A DNA stretch of 64,000 nucleotides from Albugo candida (Eukaryota). This document shows positions 37,597-50,424 of the stretch, one piece after another. A program made the position numbers and the translations under genes. Location of the stretch: positions 310,001-374,000 of the forward strand of contig JBDOQK010000021.1 of assembly GCA_040437565.1 (NCBI GenBank), in the 5' to 3' direction. The notes under the pieces are model-generated. The model ran no database searches. It was not told where the DNA came from and worked only from the letters and a program-made list of their open reading frames with translations. Positions within the stretch are counted from its first letter, which is position 1. Each line of letters begins with the position of its first letter.

Positions 37597-39229
37597 GGTT
37601 GAGATTGTTGGATTTTGAGCAATGGGAAGCAAATTGCGTTGTGGACCAAACTGAAGTGCGCTACTTCCTCCAGCAATTAGTGTGACTTTGTACATCCTTT
37701 GCATCCAGCTGTTGTTACGTCATTTTTACAAAATTTGTCCTTCTCATGACGCTAATGTGGGTTGTAAGTAATCTGACGTGGATCGCATCGATGGCTACCG
37801 TGATATACGTCCTAGTTTTCCATGCGAAATAGTATAGTCATCCGCGTCATCTAATTATCCAGTCATCGAACACTAATTCCACGGCACGTAGAAAATGAGC
37901 CTCACGGTGACGTGTCTCTATGTAGATACTCAGTAGAATGTAAAGTGCTCTTACTCGCTGTAAAGAGTCGGCAGTATGCTCACCTACTATCACAGATTCG
38001 GATAAACTGATTTTTGTGATAATCGAGATGACTCAGCTGATACAAAGATCCGTGTCTCCACATAATGACGGAGACAGTAAGGTACAACGCAAATCTACTT
38101 ACACCTGGCAGGCAGTACCTCTTATACAGTCCGACTGAACATGAGATTGAGTAGAGATTGCCTGAGCTCAATATCGATGCCCGCTTAACCGATTTGTAAT
38201 GAACAAGGGCGTTTGGAGCTCGATTTGATGAATAGAAATGGACAAAATGGAAGGATCCTAAGTGTGAACGGTTCGCTATCGGATAAAATGCGTTTCAAAC
38301 GACACTTTTTACACTCAGTCAATCTCCATATTCTCTATCTCTAGCCTATCGAATGACACCCCGACGTACTCATTGGTGGTGCAGTTTACTTGGAAGGTAC
38401 AGTTCGCGAGCAAGATATTGTCCAGAAACACTTAAATGCCTGCACTTCGAGTATCAGAATCGAAAGTATCTGGACTAATGCTTCGATATGACGCAGTGAT
38501 CTCTTGACATCTTCATTCCATTCCTCTCTCAACTGCCAATACTATCACTGAAACACCGTGTAACCTGACTTCTCGAGACTCGGTTTGTTCGTTCGTATAC
38601 AGCACGCTTAAACAGTACTCTTCTTTGGAAAACACACTACAAGGTCTCCTGGTGTCATGCTTTGAAATTTGATCTTGGAATACAGCGATGCTGATCCACA
38701 TTCCTGTAAGAACGACAGCAATTCTGTGAACTTGATTGGACGGAGATTTTTCTCAAGTTAATAATGGGACGATTTTCTTGTGATAAGGCGAATTGCACTG
38801 TGTTGTGCTATTGGCAGACCTCACTCAGCATCGCATGAGACGTATGTCACAATGGTCTGCACGATATCGGAAGCATCCATTTTCCATTCACAAGAAGGCG
38901 TTTCGATACGCACGTAGCCTTCTAAGCTGTTGTCTCGCAGATTATTGCAAGTTTGTGCATTGTCACGTTCTATGGCTTGCTGCAATTAGATTCAAACACA
39001 CAGTTTGTACGGCAAAAAAGCTATAAGTATATCGTTAGCAGATAACAAAACAGACATAAGGATTCCGCACTCGCAAATTTATTTCGATTTTTAAGCTATC
39101 AATCGGATGGAAAGACTACCAATTGGAAANNNNNNNNNNNNNNNNNNNNNNNNNNNNNNNNNNNNNNNNNNNNNNNNNNNNNNNNNNNNNNNNNNNNNNN
39201 NNNNNNNNNNNNNNNNNNNNNNNNNNNNN

Positions 39230-39658
39230 ACTCGCAGGAATTGCAGCAGGTAGGTACTTGTACAAGTCTCTGATATACTGTTCTTTTTCATCCTCCTTTG
39301 CGCGATCTCCAGGGTAACCAGAGAAAAACTTTTGAACGAGAGGTGCGAGTTCGCGCATCTTCAATCCTTCTGCCGTGGAGATGTCTTCAGTTTTCAAAAG
39401 CGAAGTAATTATACTCCTCAGTGCGACAGTATGCGTTTGAACGCAACCCTTCCCGTTCGGTTGCGAATTGCAGTTCATACGATAGTTTGTTGTCAACTGA
39501 GTGTCATCGGGGCATGTGCCGGGAATAAAATGAACCAAACTAGCTCCTCCTTTAGGTGCCGCATTTTGCGTGCTTGACTTGAGATATCGCACAGCAACGT
39601 CTGCATTTCCAAAAGTGATTAGAGCGAGTACGGATGTTAATACGCTGAGACAGATCAT
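39230..39658 (-). CDS. Secreted RxLK 4-Cys candidate effector, member H (3' end in gap)
   Basis: MICLSVLTSVLALITFGNA-DVAVRYLKSS, C-x13-C-x8-C, FSGYP. The missing end can be inferred from the copy at 30581-30673. Confidence 0.85.
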
Positions 39659-41954
39659 ATGTGCTTTTTGACTACTGGGGATTTAGAAGCAATTGATATG
39701 TGAATGACTCTGTTGGATAGTATGCCATTGCAGGTCCATTACATCCAGCTGTCATTACGTCATTTTGATAAGACCTGTGACTCCTATGACGCTTCACTTT
39801 GCTTGCTGAGTAATCTGACGTGTATTCTACGTATGCTTACCGTGGTATTTATCCGGCCTTTCCGTTTTACTTACCATATCATTCTTCAATGTACGCTTAT
39901 TGAGAAGGTATCTGCCGTGATCTTACGCCAAGTCGAAAGGCTATTCACGTGTGGGGTATTTGATTCGTTTATGCACAAACTTGAAAAGAAGACACCGTCA
40001 GAGGAGTCAACTATTGAAGGATCGATGGAGCCAAAGATGGGCGCTGAACCAGACCGCCATATCTATAGGTCTGTGTGTGTGCCAAAAGCGATTGTGTTGC
40101 AACATGCACATAAAATCGTAGCGAAGGCTATGGTTCTCAAGTGCCAAACAACGAGACAGAAGGCTGCTGTGATAAAGCTCCGAATTCATTAAAAAGTCTG
40201 CAAGGATTTGCAAGATGCTGTCATGAAATTATGACTTTTTCTCTGCAGGACGGTCCTTATGGAGTGAGTTGTTGAGACGAATTACACGCATTTCGGGTTG
40301 GAAGTAGACGTTGGAGAAGAGAAGGGATCATAAATGCGACAAGTTGGAACATTACAGCTTGATTCGTTCCATAATCCACAAAGAATGACTTGTCGGCATC
40401 TCATCTATTAAAAGCCAAAGAGTGGAACGAATCGAAGGAGCGGTCACAGTACGACTCTGTCAGGTCACAAAGAATGCAATGTCTATCAATGTATGCGACA
40501 TTGGATCCGAAAAAGAATTCAGGGCGCTGAGAGGTGATCGCTCATATTTGCCTCTTTTCCTGTATTCCGGATAGACTTACCGAATACGGTGGAATGTTGG
40601 ATGACCTGAATCTCATTATGAGCATCAGTGTTGTTCCTGACTGAATCATTACGTACAAGCTCTAAAGTCTTGTACGATCTCTCCCTGTCGTCCTATTACT
40701 GTCCATTTCTAAACAAGAAATAAGAAACCATTCAGTAGCTTACAGAGGTTCCACGACCTCCATATTCATCATATCGTTCTTTTCCGTTGATTTTGCATTC
40801 AAGATAGACCCAATGGACTCTTCACGACCCGTCTTAGCCGCAGCGATTAATGCCGAGTCATGGTACTGAGATCGCCATTGTCTGGCAATCCTCGTGTCTG
40901 TATATGCTCACAATCAGTCGACGCGCAGAAGGTAGTCGAAATGACTGAGCTTTATAAAGCCTCAGGGAAACTGTTTGGCATACCATCAAATGGAAGCATT
41001 GAGAAGCTTCTCTGGACGCATTTGTTGCAAGAATACCGCTGATGTAAAGTTGGAATTTCATTCTTTACGCCAACTGAATAATGTGGCGCTAGCGCTGATC
41101 AATGCCGCAACTATCAAGAGAAGCTATGCAGAATCGAAGGTGTAAGCAGAGTAGTGAGAAAATACATTCTGCGGGTTGTAAAGGATAGATGTCGTCTTCG
41201 GCACATAGTACAACATAGGAATCAGCCCACCATTCGAAACTGACGTAATGGTACGGAACGATACGTGAAGGATTCTTTAGGGTAGCATGGGTGCTTCACA
41301 GCGTGCAACATGCAATGAGCGCGTTTAAAAAGCTCTCTATGTGCTTACGTGTCAATAAGATAAAAGTACGCGTTCTTGATACACTCAACTTCTTCTTGAC
41401 CCGATCAACGCACTATTACGTGCAACGGAAGCGCATATCGTGAGTTTACTTCACCTACATTGACTGCATTCATATGCATCTCTACCTTGTTTTCGGAGCA
41501 TGTCAAAGTTGTTTGGTCCTATGCCTGTGTTCACGAGAGACAGAGATTGTCTTCAACGCATTACTATTTTGCGGCTGATGCAAGTAGCTCCATGGCCATG
41601 AAAAGTACTTTCTATTGCACTATTACGAAGCTTTTTAGCCCGACAAATTCTGAAAATCAGCACGGAAGATAGAAAGGTAATTCCCTTCATGCCATCCGTC
41701 CGTCAAAAAAAATACGGCGTAGCGATCGCAGTCTTGACATCCCCATGAAGAACAGCATGATCAAAACACTCCATTCGCTAAGAAATCCGGCTGCTCTCAG
41801 AGGGATGCGTGTGATTAGAAAATGCTTAAGCATCGGAATTGGGGCAGAACAAGAAGCTAGAATAATGTACAGCATGAAAGGGAGTGTAGAAATGCAAAAG
41901 GTATGTATTGGACAATCATGATTTTTTTCCTTGCAGAAGACCTCGACAAGACTA

Positions 41955-42488
41955 TCACTGCATCAAGCAATCGCCGAGAATTATCAGGACAAGTCGATTG
42001 AGAACGTCTGCATGCGGATAGTCAGTCGATACTATATGTGATGATAACCAAGCGCCACGCATATACGTCTTCATAGGCTCTAAAAGCTGCGTGAGGTAGC
42101 GACCCGCTTCGGCATTATCACGTGGTTGAGGACCCCCTGTAAGAACTCTTGATATCACATTATAGATTCCTTTATCATCCACCCATATGTACGGCGCAAC
42201 TGTGTCCGAGTTAATGTCGAATAATGTTGCAAGAATTGACACACCTGCATGAACCATGGAATCATGACATATTGGGCTGGGTTCATTTACCCACGAGCAC
42301 TTTAGATTCTTGAATGCTTGTACGTTCGTGTCCTTGACTAGATTGGGGCAATTAAGACTAGTAAATAAATCTTTATTTTGTACAGTTGCCACTTGCTGAG
42401 TGCTTGACTTGAGATTTCGCACTACAGCCTCCGCATTTCCGAAAATGACCATACCGAGTACGGGAGTAACGAAGTTGAGAGAAACCAT
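41955..42488 (-). CDS. Secreted RxLK 4-Cys candidate effector, member I (177 aa)
   Basis: MVSLNFVTPVLGMVIFGNA-EAVVRNLKSS, C-x16-C-x9-C, LTGGP, VLNRLVLIILGDC. Confidence 0.88.
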   Translation of the reverse strand: MVSLNFVTPVLGMVIFGNAEAVVRNLKSSTQQVATVQNKDLFTSLNCPNLVKDTNVQAFKNLKCSWVNEPSPICHDSMVHAGVSILATLFDINSDTVAPYIWVDDKGIYNVISRVLTGGPQPRDNAEAGRYLTQLLEPMKTYMRGAWLSSHIVSTDYPHADVLNRLVLIILGDCLMQ

Positions 42489-43999
42489 GAATGATTTTGT
42501 TGACTACTGAGGAGGAAGCAAATAGTGTTGTGAATCAACTGATGTGTGCAATACATTTTACCAGTGTTGGAAATTGCCCATCCTCTGCATCAACCTGATT
42601 CTGTATCGCATACACTATCGACCCAGTGTACGTCATCGCCTTTCCATGTGAATGTGGGTACTATTCTACGTCATCTTATTGATCTACTATCGAGCCCCAA
42701 CTATACGTCGCGATAATTGATTCTCACAGCAATGTGTCTCTATCCGTGTGTTCGTCGGTAAAATGTGATGGTACACGATAGATTGCTATTTGGAAAGAAG
42801 CCATAGAGAATGACAATATAAAATGTGACTCATACTCCTTTCATTCGGAACCCGTTGTTCACGCCATAGTCCACAATTGCCACATAATATCGGATTACCT
42901 AATTCTGCGATAGAGAATCCACCTGATACGAAATCTGGTCCAGAATCAACTCCATACCATATGCTGGAAGAAACGACACACGGATGAAAAATTTAGCTGA
43001 AACGATTCTGAACTTTCGCGCACGTGAGAAGGAATCTGAGCATAATACCGATGTGTAGCCGGTTCGGGATCGTTGCTACTTACATCTGGCAAGCATTATC
43101 GTTTATACATCCACCAAATGTGGTCTTTTCTTATTATTGCTTGATGAATCGCATTGAGCGAGTGTAATCGTAATCTCACCCGAATCAAGAGCCAAAATGA
43201 TAGTCAACAGAGAGAGGTTCAAAGATGGCTCGAGCTTATGTCATTCCAACGCATCGACACCGACTATCAATGCAGCCGTCATTGAGCGTTTTATGTGAAA
43301 TATGTCTAAATATACTCCAACGTGCACGGATCTCAATTGACGATTCGGAGAGGTAAAAAGTATGCTGAATTGTCACCGTCTTTGAGCGGCATAACGATGA
43401 AGAGAGAATTGATGAGAAGTGAGAAAAGAAAAAAGAGTTGACACCCTGTCGAGGTAGAATGATGGACGATTGGAGAGCGGAACATTACGTACGCATCAGC
43501 AAATACAAAGGGGAATCTAAACTACAGGAAGGGATCACATTAACTCTTCTNNNNNNNNNNNNNNNNNNNNNNNNNNNNNNNNNNNNNNNNNNNNNNNNNN
43601 NNNNNNNNNNNNNNNNNNNNNNNNNNNNNNNNNNNNNNNNNNNNNNNNNNAAGAGCCAAAATGATAGTCAACAGAGAGAGGTTCAAAGATGGCTCGAGCT
43701 TATGTCATTCCAACGCATCGACACCGACTATCAATGCAGCCGTCATTGAGCGTTTTATGTGGAAACACAAAGGGGAATCTAAACTACAGGAAGGGATCAC
43801 ATTGACTCTTCTACCTGATGGTATGATCTGAGAGAGGTTACTATCGTCCGTAGGTTATGTGAATTAAGGAGTACGCAACATTCAATTTGACTGGAAATGT
43901 TATGACACAACGAAGGGATCTATTCTCGTGCTTGAAAAGCTTAAATTAGACGTATCGGTTCCTGCGCTTTTTGCATTGTATTTCTCGTGATAGCGAGCA

Positions 44000-44386
44000 A
44001 TGTCATTGAAAGAACACGGCGCAAATTCACTTCGGGGAGGAAGACGAGCGTTTGGATGCGCAACTTTGGTAGGAAATTACGTGGAAGAGCGTCATTCTGC
44101 TCAAAACAGTCCTGTGGCATGGTGCTCGACAATTTATGGATCGTACAGCGATAAAACCACTGCGCACGAACAAATGATGCAGGGTGCGAGAAAGTTCCCG
44201 AAGCGTTTTGGAGCGCGACTCATTCCATCTGAATCGTCTTTTGTAAACCGGATTGGTGCGAATAATTCATCGAAGCAAATCACAGCTTGGAAATCAATAC
44301 CACATTCTGTACGCGCAAATACAGGTATCCCAACGGAATATGCACCTAAGAATGGTATGCGAGGTGGCATAATATCACTGTCATAG
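44000..44386 (+). CDS. Small ORF with an LxGN(W/Y)xEER motif, possibly a flagellar microtubule-inner-protein-like gene or fragment
   Basis: ATG-initiated 128 aa ORF containing CATLVGNYVEER. Confidence 0.45.
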   Translation: MSLKEHGANSLRGGRRAFGCATLVGNYVEERHSAQNSPVAWCSTIYGSYSDKTTAHEQMMQGARKFPKRFGARLIPSESSFVNRIGANNSSKQITAWKSIPHSVRANTGIPTEYAPKNGMRGGIISLS

Positions 44387-44642
44387 GTGAAGCGTATCAT
44401 TATACTTAGGCTCGGGATGGTGAAAATACATATTTTTGAATACAATTTATTCACAATCACGCAGTCTCTCCTCCTGTGATCTTTCGGTGATTCGGACATA
44501 TTTGTTTTATGTTGTTTTTGTGATTGTTGTGTAGACATAAATGACTTCACTAGTGCCTAGACTACAACAAATAATGTTATGTTAATGAAGCATTGCCTAC
44601 CCAACTTGTTGTAACATTAAAGACCTATCATGTAAGTAATCT

Positions 44643-44664
44643 GGTCTTATGGTGTAATGGTTAG
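44643..44664 (+). tRNA. tRNA-Gln 5' end, truncated by gap
   Basis: GGTCTTATGGTGTAATGGTTAG is identical to the start of the other tRNA-Gln(TTG) copies. Confidence 0.7.
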
Positions 44665-45076
44665 NNNNNNNNNNNNNNNNNNNNNNNNNNNNNNNNNNNN
44701 NNNNNNNNNNNNNNNNNNNNNNNNNNNNNNNNNNNNNNNNNNNNNNNNNNNNNNNNNNNNNNNNCCCAACGGAATATGCACCTAAGAATGGTATGCGAGG
44801 TGGCATAATATCACTGTCATAGGTGAAGCGAATCATTATACTTAGGCTCGGGATGGTGAAAATACATATTTTTGAATATAATTTATTCACAATCACGCAG
44901 TCTCTCCTCCTGTGATCTTTCGGTGATTCGGACATAATTGTTTTATGTTGTTTTTGTGATTGTTGTGTAGACATAAATGACTTCACTAGTGCCTAGACTA
45001 CAACAAATAATCGTATTACATAGTAAAACAGTGCGTAGTGGGGATTATCCATGTTAACGACGTTTACAGTGGAAAT

Positions 45077-45141
45077 GGTCTTATGGTGTAATGGTTAGCA
45101 CTCTAGACTTTGAATCTAGCGATCCGGGTTCAAATCCCGGT
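45077..45141 (+). tRNA. tRNA-Gln (TTG), last 7 nt in gap
   Basis: Anticodon arm CTAGA-CTTTGAA-TCTAG and T arm CCGGGTTCAAATCCCGG. Confidence 0.9.
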
Positions 45142-45442
45142 NNNNNNNNNNNNNNNNNNNNNNNNNNNNNNNNNNNNNNNNNNNNNNNNNNNNNNNNNNN
45201 NNNNNNNNNNNNNNNNNNNNNNNNNNNNNNNNNNNNNNNNNTGCATAAAGATGGTGGAGTGGCTTTCGTACGTTTCGCATGCCTTATCCTCTGGAAGGAT
45301 AAAGGAGACGATAATTTGTTAAACCTTTCACAAACATATAAAGGTCAAATGATGTTTGACAATCCAGTCTTTCAGTTTCCGCTCAATTCCATAATGCGCT
45401 CTATTGAATAGCCCGGCACAAAAAAACTTGCCAAGTGAAGTG

Positions 45443-45514
45443 AGGTCCTACCGGGATTTGAACCCGGATCGCTAGATTCAAAGTCTAGAGTGCTAACCAT
45501 TACACCATAAGACC
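45443..45514 (-). tRNA. tRNA-Gln (TTG)
   Basis: Complete 72-nt reverse complement of the same tRNA. Confidence 0.95.
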
Positions 45515-45529
45515 AGTGTTCTCTTGTAT

Positions 45530-46828
45530 CCTGTTTAGGTTTTGATGTATGGGTGGCAAGAACCAGCGCCTAGATTTTGGATGTGCTTCGCCCAAGCGTT
45601 TCAAGTACGGTCTTTACATGATCTGTTGGTGGAAGAACGGACTAGTTTGACTCTGCTCTCGAATTTTTTTTACGTTTTAGTACAAGTGAGGCTGGGAAGC
45701 CGTCCGACCAGTCTCAAGCGAAGTCTGTACGCCAGTTGCACGTCGAAGCAACGCAAATTCGGCGAAGAGTGCAACCTGCTGGCGTATTATGCTGTCCCGG
45801 AAGGGAAATGACATATGCTTATCCAGTTCACTTTGGCATTCAGCTCTTGGACAAGAAGNNNNNNNNNNNNNNNNNNNNNNNNNNNNNNNNNNNNNNNNNN
45901 NNNNNNNNNNNNNNNNNNNNNNNNNNNNNNNNNNNNNNNNNNNNNNNNNNNNNNNNNNCGTTTTAGTACAAGTGAGGCTGGGAAGCCGTCCGACCAGTCT
46001 CAAGCGAAGTCTGTACGCCAGTTGCACGTCGAAGCAACGCAAATTCGGCGAAGAGTGCAACCTGCTGGCGTATTATGCTGTCCCGGAAGGGAAATGACAT
46101 ATGCTTATCCAGTTCACTTTGGCATTCAGCTCTTGGACAAGAAGATTTTCTTTCTGATGATACCTCGGAATCACCTTTATCGATTCGTTGGGAAGGCATT
46201 GCCACCGGATAAACCGCACCCAATGTTGCTTCACGTATCAGAACGTGATCGAAGTGGGACGTCAACATGGGTGAAAGATTATTAAAGTTTATTCAGACGT
46301 TTGGTACCGATCTATTCGGATGTTCAGTTCCGACTTTCTATCCGTATCTTACCAGTTCGAGCACGATTTTGGTTTTTACAACAATCACGTCCAGAAATCA
46401 TCCTGTGCACTCAGAAGCATTGTGGTGATGTGGAAAGTTATCAGCATCTGTTTTTCGACTGCGCCAGGACTAGTCCGATTTGGGACGAGCTCTATCCGTC
46501 TTGGATAATCTTCTTTTCTGTTCGCCCGCGATGGCCACATTTCGCGTGTGCACGGATTCCTGCACTTCGTGATGCGTGGAAACCTTTTCCAGTGGAAATG
46601 GAGGATCTTTGGTTCACAATAATCGCGGTTGCGATTCATTTTATTTGGACGGATCGGAATCGCAGACTTTTCGCCCACGGCACTTCGACGCCAACTGCCC
46701 CAGCTGTTTCGGTAATTTATAGCACACTGAGTGCCCATATCCGATATTTTCAACGGTAGTGCTATGATACGGAGCAGCTCGAGCAATTGGCACACGTATT
46801 AGAGTGCTATCAAAATACTGGTTCAGCT
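45530..46828 (+). mobile_element. 5'-truncated non-LTR retrotransposon (L1/Tx1-like) relic, continuing at 49230-49659
   Basis: zf-RVT-like CTQKHCGDVESYQHLFFDC and IWTDRNRRLF. Homologous to 52100-53530. Confidence 0.85.
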
Positions 46829-46885
46829 ATTTTCAAAAAAAAAATTATGAGCCATAAAGTTATACCAAAAATAGAAATTTTAATA

Positions 46886-48282
46886 GGAAATTGCTGCGGA
46901 CACATCCTATTTTGACTACAGACGCACCCTAAAATAAAAATCACAAACATACCCCCTACGTTCGGACCGTTCATCAAGTTAATTAATGAGTCTATCTATC
47001 CATAAAAATGGAAATTACAAAACTACCCCTACTTTTGTACCGCCATATCCGCTGCTCTCAATTCCACTTTTAGCTGGGTGGCAGTAACACCATAAGGAAT
47101 GCTGAACTTATTTCAAGCAAAGTAAAATTAGCCTAGTAGGTAGGCATTTCAGAGAAGAAAAAAATCCATCCATGATTGCCTTCTATTAATTTGCGCTCAT
47201 TCCTGATTCTTACTAAGCTTTCTGTAAAGCCTGCAGTTTACGCAGCATATTGGCTCGAAACATGAGCTGGTGGTGCACCTCCGCCAACAGCCCTCTCTTG
47301 TGCAGCTTCACGAACGTAGTGGGATGTAACGATGCCACCGTAATTACCATGCACGTGCTTTGTACAGTTGGTTCAGGCGTGTAGATACGCAAAAATGACA
47401 CAATTGTCTGATCATTTAGCCACATGTTCTCGTTAATCAATGGTTGTATAGTTTCACGTAGGTCTTCATTCTCCTCAACAATATTGTCCCTTTTGTTAAA
47501 AAAGAACACAGCAGGAGACTATTAAGATAATTTGGAATTATTCTCCTTAAATCAGCTACCGGCTTTGACAACTAAACTCCTTTGATTGAAATGACTCACC
47601 TCTGCGCCCAAGTCCCTGGTCTTCTCAACAATTTTGTCATAAGCTGGATTGCTTGTTGAATTCTGGAATAACAACAGAGAAGTAAGTAGATGAATCAAAC
47701 AATACCCTTCCAAACTGTCTCAATTCTCAACACGTTCTTTTATTATGCCCCCGCTTGCCACAAGCTAGGCATTTGTTTTTTTTTTCCAGGTTGATGGTAT
47801 ATAAAGGCTCATGGATCACGCTTTTTTTGATTTTATAGACTGCTTTTGTGCAGGTAGCCCACTCGTTTTGACGGAAAATTGTAGTCTCTCGCGAAGCTAG
47901 TTGGTTAAACTCCAAAGAGCACGATTATATAAGTTTTATTCGAGTTTAGTAATTTTAATGATAAGAGAATGCTATTGTCAAGAAGACACAAAAAACAAAT
48001 TTACTTGTGCGTGCATGGACTGATGGCACTCTCATGTCTCATAATTACAAACATCTGGGTATTGTCATTCTTATGGTGTTACTGCCACCCAGCTAGAAGT
48101 GGAATTGAGAGCAGCGGATATGGCGGTACAAAAGTAGGGGTAGTTTTGTAATTTCCATTTTTATGGATAGATAGACTCCTTAATTAACTTGATGAACGGT
48201 CCGAACGTAGGGGGTATGTTTGTAATTGCTATTTTTAGGGGTGTGTCCGTAGCAAAAATAGGGTGTGTCCGCAGCAATTCCC
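46886..48282 (-). mobile_element. Non-autonomous Mutator-like element with ~215-bp TIRs
   Basis: 46886-47100 is an inverted repeat of 48066-48282 (GG(A/G)AATTGCTGCGGACAC...). Internal fragments encode CLACGKRGHNKRTC (zinc knuckle) and WLNDQTIVSFL (Ulp1/C48-like). Confidence 0.85.
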
Positions 48283-48690
48283 TTAAAAAAGAATTAAAAA
48301 AAACTTCAACCGTATAAAACGGTTAATGCATATTCAATACTTTTTGTACTTGAAATAATTTTATTAAAAATATNNNNNNNNNNNNNNNNNNNNNNNNNNN
48401 NNNNNNNNNNNNNNNNNNNNNNNNNNNNNNNNNNNNNNNNNNNNNNNNNNNNNNNNNNNNNNNNNNNNNNNNNTTTTTATGGATAGATAGACTCCTTAAT
48501 TAACTTGATGAACGGTCCGAACGTAGGGGGTATGTTTGTAATTGCTATTTTTAGGGGTGTGTCCGTAGCAAAAATAGGGTGTGTCCGCAGCAATTCCCTT
48601 AAAAAAGAATTAAAAAAAACTTCAACCGTATAAAACGGTTAATGCATATTCAATACTTTTTGTACTTGAAATAATTTTATTAAAAATATA

Positions 48691-49199
48691 GGAATTACTC
48701 CCTCTTTAAGTAAGGTGGCCCACATAATTATTCTATGTGTATGTACTATGTATACTTTTTCTTTATACAGGGTATTGATATCCCGACAACTTTTTTTTAA
48801 TTACATTTTTACTTTTCATTTTAAATCACATCATGCCNNNNNNNNNNNNNNNNNNNNNNNNNNNNNNNNNNNNNNNNNNNNNNNNNNNNNNNNNNNNNNN
48901 NNNNNNNNNNNNNNNNNNNNNNNNNNNNNNNNNNNNNTAGCGTGTGTATGGATGTAATTAGTTAGAGACGTGAAATCATGTATGTATTTTGCAAAAAAGA
49001 AAAAGTTGTGAGTGTAATAATTTAACTAGGCATGCTCTAATCTAAAAAAAAAGTTGTCGGGATACAGTATCAAAAAAAGTTGTCAATACCTTATATAAAA
49101 AAAAATATGCATAGCATTACACATAGTATAATTATGTGTGCCACCATACTTGAAAAGGGAGTGAATTTAGCCAAAAAGGGAGTGAGTATTACAATTCCC
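48691..49199. mobile_element. Mutator-like MITE with a 10-bp target-site duplication
   Basis: Ends are GGAATT...AATTCCC with imperfect long inverted arms. TAAAAATATA occurs at 48681-48690 and 49200-49209. Confidence 0.85.
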
Positions 49200-50424
49200 T
49201 AAAAATATATATTGTTTATTTATCTATAGAGCACGGAGTTATTTCTCCACTCGGCCCAGTCTCCTTTAAGTTCGACGCCGTCAACGATTCTACGTCGGTG
49301 ATGCGTGGAGTTTCTTACTCAGTACTATCTTATTTCAGTTATTGAACCTCGCTGTGGGTTTCTCGATCAACTTTGCATGTAAGTTCGTTTATTTATTGTA
49401 ATTTAGGCATTAGAGAAGTCATTCACGTCTATGTCTAGTAATATAGACAACTGTAAGTACACCAAAAGACCACCATTACTCCTTCGTATTTGAAAAGTAT
49501 CATGCATTTGGCTTTGTCGACCAAGTTAAATTGCAACCGTAACGATGCTCCTTGCGTGTTCTTATTTTTCCGGTATTGAATTAGCGCCGTTTTGCGAGAA
49601 ATGCAAGAAAGTTGAGCAGTGTTCCGTCCGTCCAATTGCGAAAATCAGAGTAATACGGANNNNNNNNNNNNNNNNNNNNNNNNNNNNNNNNNNNNNNNNN
49701 NNNNNNNNNNNNNNNNNNNNNNNNNNNNNNNNNNNNNNNNNNNNNNNNNNNNNNNNNNNCAAGAACAGAAAACTGTGCCCGATTAGGTCGTATGAGAGGT
49801 AGTTCCTAGCAATTGGAAGCGGCCATGATTCCGAATCAGCTTCAGATCAGAGTTGTACTTTTCTTCCTTCGTATGTAGCAGACAGCACAAATATCGTATC
49901 AGCTGATTATTTTCTCTGTATGTCGTTTTTTACTAGAGTTGCATTTTTCCACCAACGTATATTCTATGATTTGGTGTTATTAAGAGTCAGCATGCATCCA
50001 GCTGTATTCTCTGGTACCCTGCAATAATTTCCATGTGGAGTATACCGCTGATAGCTGGAGAGAATATGAATCAGATAGGAGAATTTTTGATTGTGATTTT
50101 ATATGACTGCTTTTATACAGCAATGTATTAATCAAGTACCATCATATGTTGTCTAGAAATATATCGATAGAGACACGTCACTATAAGGATCACTTTCTAC
50201 TCGGTGTGTCATTATACCAGATTAATGAGATGACGCCGGGCAGCACATCATGTCACATAAAAAGACCCGAACGCCATTAGGGTAAAGCATGACACTCGAT
50301 ACAGATCAGATTTTTGTACAACAACGAAGAAGCGGAAGACAGCTGGCATTAGAAGTATTTGCATACATCAATTTGGTCCACAACTCAATTTGCTACCCGT
50401 CCCTCGTAGCTAACATTATCACAC

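Noticed and set aside
41100-41900. Possible decayed DNA transposase
   Set aside because: Only a vague resemblance in one short frame; no catalytic motif or termini found.
45673-46144. Direct repeat inside the LINE relic; likewise 48157-48373 vs 48474-48689
   Set aside because: Identical sequence on both sides of an N gap; assembly artefact.
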